DNA of 64,000 nt, taken from Bacteroidota bacterium. GTDB taxonomy: Bacteria > Bacteroidota > Bacteroidia > Cytophagales > Spirosomataceae. Shown here in pieces: positions 60,681-64,000 of the stretch. Each line of letters begins with the position of its first letter. The first letter of the stretch is position 1. Below the pieces are notes generated by a model that was not told the DNA's origin, did no database searches, and saw only the letters and a program-made list of their open reading frames with translations. The stretch covers positions 3,401 to 67,400 of the forward strand of contig JBDLUL010000014.1 in assembly GCA_039805345.1 (NCBI GenBank), read 5' to 3'. A program made the translations under genes and the position numbers.

Positions 60681-61610
60681 ATGAGCAACATGTTGGTCTT
60701 AGCGGGAGGTTCTGTCAAAGGGGCATTTCAGGCAGGTGTCATTAAGGCATTAGCTGAAAAAGGATTCCAGCCTGATGTTATTTATGGGATTTCAGCGGGG
60801 AGCTTAAATGCGGCTTTTTTGGTGAATGCATTGGGCCAACAACAAGTTTCGGGTCAGGCTCTTTCGTTTCAACAAGCAGCCGATGATTTATGGGAGTTTT
60901 GGGAGATGCGAATCACGCGTCCCGACTGTTTGTCGAGACCCTTGTCTATGGTTGAATTGGGTTGGACTGCGTTAACGAAAAAATTCAGGGGACTCGTTTC
61001 GTCGGATCCTTTGCGTGAACTCATTCAAGAAGTATTATCACTTCGAAATTTACAAGCGAGCCCTGTGGGACTTCAAGTAGGTGCCGTGAATATCATGGAA
61101 GGTCGTATACATTACGTAGACCCTAGTACGCCTGATTTCTTGGATTATTTATTAGCTTCTTCGGCTGTGCCGATTTTGATGCCTGTTGTTAAGATTCGTG
61201 GAGAGGAACGCCGAAGCTATTTGGATGGAGGTCTTCGCGATGTAACACCAGTTAGAAAAGCCTTAGATGATGGGGGTAAACACATTGTTTGTGTCAGTTG
61301 CCATCCGGAAGCCATTGAAGGGGGCAGTTTCGATACCGGTGATTTATTAGCCTTGGTAGATCGCGTGATGGATATCGCTGTCAATGAAATTTTGAATGCC
61401 GATTTGCGCGAAACAATCTTAATCAATAATTCCCTTCCTGCCGATGGTTCGGTGGTGATGGACGGTCCTTATCAAGGATTTCAGCGTGTAAATTTAGAAT
61501 CGATTCGGCCTATTCAGCCGATCAATATTGATATCCAGCATTTTACGAAATTGGATATCCGGCGAATGCTCGAGGTGGGATATGAGGTAGGCTTAGCTCA
61601 AATCAACTAA
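60681..61610 (+). CDS. Patatin-like phospholipase
   Basis: LAGGSVKGA, GISAG (GxSxG), DGG. Confidence 0.9.
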   Translation: MSNMLVLAGGSVKGAFQAGVIKALAEKGFQPDVIYGISAGSLNAAFLVNALGQQQVSGQALSFQQAADDLWEFWEMRITRPDCLSRPLSMVELGWTALTKKFRGLVSSDPLRELIQEVLSLRNLQASPVGLQVGAVNIMEGRIHYVDPSTPDFLDYLLASSAVPILMPVVKIRGEERRSYLDGGLRDVTPVRKALDDGGKHIVCVSCHPEAIEGGSFDTGDLLALVDRVMDIAVNEILNADLRETILINNSLPADGSVVMDGPYQGFQRVNLESIRPIQPINIDIQHFTKLDIRRMLEVGYEVGLAQIN

Positions 61611-61636
61611 AAAAGCCTGGCGTTTCGACCAGGCTT
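61609..61636 (-). terminator. Terminator after frr
   Basis: AAGCCTGG/CCAGGCTT stem, with an A-tract on + giving a U-tract on the minus strand. Confidence 0.75.
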
Positions 61637-61649
61637 ATGAATGGAGTAA

Positions 61650-62210
61650 TTAAACCACCATGATGTCTCTTTCTTTTTCGCTAAAAATCTGATCGATTTT
61701 AGTGATGAAACCATCCGTTGTTTTTTGGATTTTATCTTCGGCAGCTTTAATTGCATCTTCCGAAACGCCATCGCCTTTTAATTTTTTGATGCTATTGTTG
61801 CCATCTTGGCGGGCATTGCGAATGTTGATTTTCGCAACTTCAATTTCTTGCTTCACACGTTTTACCAAATCGCGGCGACGCTCTTCCGTTAATGGTGGAA
61901 TCGCCAAACGAATCGTTTCCCCATCATTCATTGGATTTAAGCCCAAGTTCGAGTTGCGTATTGCCTTTTCAATCTCACCGAAAATTCCTTTTTCGAATGG
62001 TTTGATGGCAATGGTACGTGCATCGGGTGTTGTAATGGATGCTGCACCTGAAATCGGTGTAGCCATGCCATAATAATCAATCATCAAGCCGTCCAACATC
62101 GACGTGCTTGCTTTGCCGGCACGAATTTTAGACAATTCAATGTTTAAGTGTTTAATGGCGCCCTCCATGGTTTCTTGGGTCGCATCAATATAAAATTCAA
62201 TTTCTTCCAT
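61650..62210 (-). CDS. frr: Ribosome recycling factor
   Basis: IRAGKA, IPPLTEERRRDLVK, IRNAR. Confidence 0.98.
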   Translation of the reverse strand: MEEIEFYIDATQETMEGAIKHLNIELSKIRAGKASTSMLDGLMIDYYGMATPISGAASITTPDARTIAIKPFEKGIFGEIEKAIRNSNLGLNPMNDGETIRLAIPPLTEERRRDLVKRVKQEIEVAKINIRNARQDGNNSIKKLKGDGVSEDAIKAAEDKIQKTTDGFITKIDQIFSEKERDIMVV

Positions 62211-62216
62211 TGGGTA

Positions 62217-62927
62217 TTAGCTAATTAATGTTCCTACATCTTCTCCGGTAACAAGATCAGCTAAATTGCCTTCCTTGTTCATATCAAAAACGATAATCGG
62301 TAAATTATTTTCTTGGCATAAGGTAAATGCCGTTGTATCCATAATTTTCAAGCCTTTCTGTATGGCATCTGAAAAGCTCAAATGTGTAAATCGAGTGGCT
62401 GTTGGGTCTTTTTCAGGGTCGGCGGTGTAAACACCATCCACCCGTGTCCCTTTTAATACGACATCCGCTTCTACTTCAATCGCACGCAAGGAGGCCGTTG
62501 AATCGGTCGTGAAATAAGGGTTACCTGTTCCTGCGCCAAAAATCACAATACGCCCTTTTTCTAAATGGCGAATCGCTCTCCGGCGAATAAAGGGTTCGCA
62601 AACGGCTTCTACTTTTAAAGCCGTCATCATGCGCGTGTAAAGTCCTTGTTTTTCCAAGGCTGCCTGAACCGCCATGCCATTGATGACTGTGGCCAACATG
62701 CCCATGTAATCGCCTTGAACGCGATCAATGCCTGCTTTCGCTGCACTTGCTCCGCGGAAGATATTTCCTCCTCCAATAACGATCGCAACCTCCACACCTA
62801 AATCATGTACTTTTTTAATTTCGGCAGCATATTGGCCTAAAATAACGGGGTCAATCACCTCGTCTCTAGTCGACAATGCCTCACCTGAAAGTTTTAAAAG
62901 GATACGTTTGTATTTGGTGTCTTTCAT
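62217..62927 (-). CDS. pyrH: UMP kinase (start set at MKDTK)
   Basis: [25 protein letters not shown]; TAAATTTG element at 62958-62951. Confidence 0.98.
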   Translation of the reverse strand: MKDTKYKRILLKLSGEALSTRDEVIDPVILGQYAAEIKKVHDLGVEVAIVIGGGNIFRGASAAKAGIDRVQGDYMGMLATVINGMAVQAALEKQGLYTRMMTALKVEAVCEPFIRRRAIRHLEKGRIVIFGAGTGNPYFTTDSTASLRAIEVEADVVLKGTRVDGVYTADPEKDPTATRFTHLSFSDAIQKGLKIMDTTAFTLCQENNLPIIVFDMNKEGNLADLVTGEDVGTLIS

Positions 62928-62979
62928 GTGTTGTTGAGATTTATGCGGTGCAAATTTAGAAAATTTATCGGCTTCTTGT

Positions 62980-63678
62980 TTACCTTTTAGGCACATAATC
63001 TTTGGCTTCTGGCAATTTCCACCAAGCTAAATACGGATGCGCATGATGCTCATAATGATATCCGAAAAAGTAGCAAGAGATAAATGCCCACACGTGATTT
63101 CGCTTTTGACTTCTCGATTGCGTTTTATTTTCAGGTGCATGCTCCCCACGGTGCGGTAGATAGGTGCCAAAAAAGAATAATTGCAACGTACTTAAAATCG
63201 CAGGTACTTCCCAATAGACAATGAGGTTTTCCATGGGTAACCAAATTTTCAAGATATTGTACGTGATTGCCATCGCGAGAACTTGCTGCCAAGTGACATA
63301 TTGCCACATAAACTTAAACCACCAAACAAAAAAGTTGCCCTGATGGACATCGGGGTCTTGTTCTGTATTCACAAAATCATGATGCCAATGATGTTTCTTA
63401 CGCAGCACAGCATAATTATTGAAGGCGAAGAGTGTCGCACATACCCAGCCAATGCCATGATTTAATTTCGAATTACCGGGTGAAACCACGCCATGAATCG
63501 CATCATGTGAGGTAATGAATAATCCCGTATATAAATGGGTTTGAATCAAAACATGGACATAGGTCCATGGCGACTGAAAGTCCATGGGCTGCGTTAATAC
63601 GTAGCCTAAATGCACTAACCAAAGTGTCAGTAGAGCAAAAGCCCAAAATAATCCTGTAAAATTGTTTACTTTGTTCAC
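62980..63678 (-). CDS. crtW: Beta-carotene ketolase CrtW-type membrane diiron enzyme (start set at GTG 63678)
   Basis: [48 protein letters not shown]. The ORF track's TTG at 63699 lies inside a TAATTTTG -7 element. Confidence 0.8.
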   Translation of the reverse strand: MNKVNNFTGLFWAFALLTLWLVHLGYVLTQPMDFQSPWTYVHVLIQTHLYTGLFITSHDAIHGVVSPGNSKLNHGIGWVCATLFAFNNYAVLRKKHHWHHDFVNTEQDPDVHQGNFFVWWFKFMWQYVTWQQVLAMAITYNILKIWLPMENLIVYWEVPAILSTLQLFFFGTYLPHRGEHAPENKTQSRSQKRNHVWAFISCYFFGYHYEHHAHPYLAWWKLPEAKDYVPKR

Positions 63679-63717
63679 GTGTTTTTGACTGATGGTCAAA
63701 ATTAATACTAATTACCT

Positions 63718-64000
63718 ATGAAAAATGTTTTCGTTGTGATATTCCTTTGTGGAATTTCATTTATGTCTTTGGGCCAAAAAACCTATTGCAATCCGATGAA
63801 CTTGGATTATGGATTTACGCCGATTCCCAACTTTTCCGAACAAGGACGCCATCGTGCCACAGCGGATCCGGTGATTGCTTATTTCAAAAATCAATATTAT
63901 TTATTTTCAACGAATCAGTGGGGCTATTGGGTAAGTCCAGATATGGTGGATTGGAAATTCATATCTCGTAAATTTTTACAACCGTATCACAAGGTTTACG
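63718..64000 (+). CDS. Secreted glycoside hydrolase family 43 (partial; not in the ORF track)
   Basis: Hand translation MKNVFVVIFLCGISFMSLGQKTYCNPMNLDY...RATADPVI..YYLFST..GYW.S.D..W shows a signal peptide and the ADP catalytic-base motif. Confidence 0.8.
   Translation, partial: MKNVFVVIFLCGISFMSLGQKTYCNPMNLDYGFTPIPNFSEQGRHRATADPVIAYFKNQYYLFSTNQWGYWVSPDMVDWKFISRKFLQPYHKVY

Noticed and set aside
60681-61610. Patatin as an anti-phage (CBASS CapV-like) effector
   Set aside because: No cyclase or other defence gene nearby; it is flanked by housekeeping genes.
226-63971. Many 60-150 aa ORFs antisense to or out of frame within long genes (e.g. 26713-27162, 49311-49763, 57438-57866, 61702-62073, 63747-63971)
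   Set aside because: Shadow ORFs of well-supported genes, with no recognisable motifs.

Overview
Gene-dense, mostly core-genome segment of a Bacteroidota chromosome. Gene content, TAxxTTTG promoters and A-rich, SD-less starts point to Cytophagales, possibly a streamlined freshwater Aquirufa-like organism (inference). Main blocks: a recN-lipoprotein-SCO-cytochrome c run; sucD; the DUF4271-hemD-porP-gldKLMN T9SS/gliding locus; pyk-acyltransferase-gldD-priA; an orphan SusC/SusD pair; adk-obgE; rpmE2-GlmU-like-holB-hemC-rfbD; a stand-alone nrdA; a GT39-like/YhhN/FAD-FeS operon; XRE-nagB; a TonB receptor with DUF4249; menG-porT; a padR-pspC-GIN operon; a partial arg operon; pyrH-frr; crtW; and a partial GH43. 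I saw no rRNA, tRNA, CRISPR array, prophage or IS. The best novelty candidate is a ~155-nt multi-helix RNA leader that starts at the predicted nrdA TSS, in a phylum reported to lack NrdR. Other leads are a 24-codon uORF coupled to rpmE2, a 27-bp PadR operator palindrome, an orphan HipB-like gene heading nagB, and a succinylornithine-type ArgF'. All calls are by eye and all RNA folds by hand; no searches were run.
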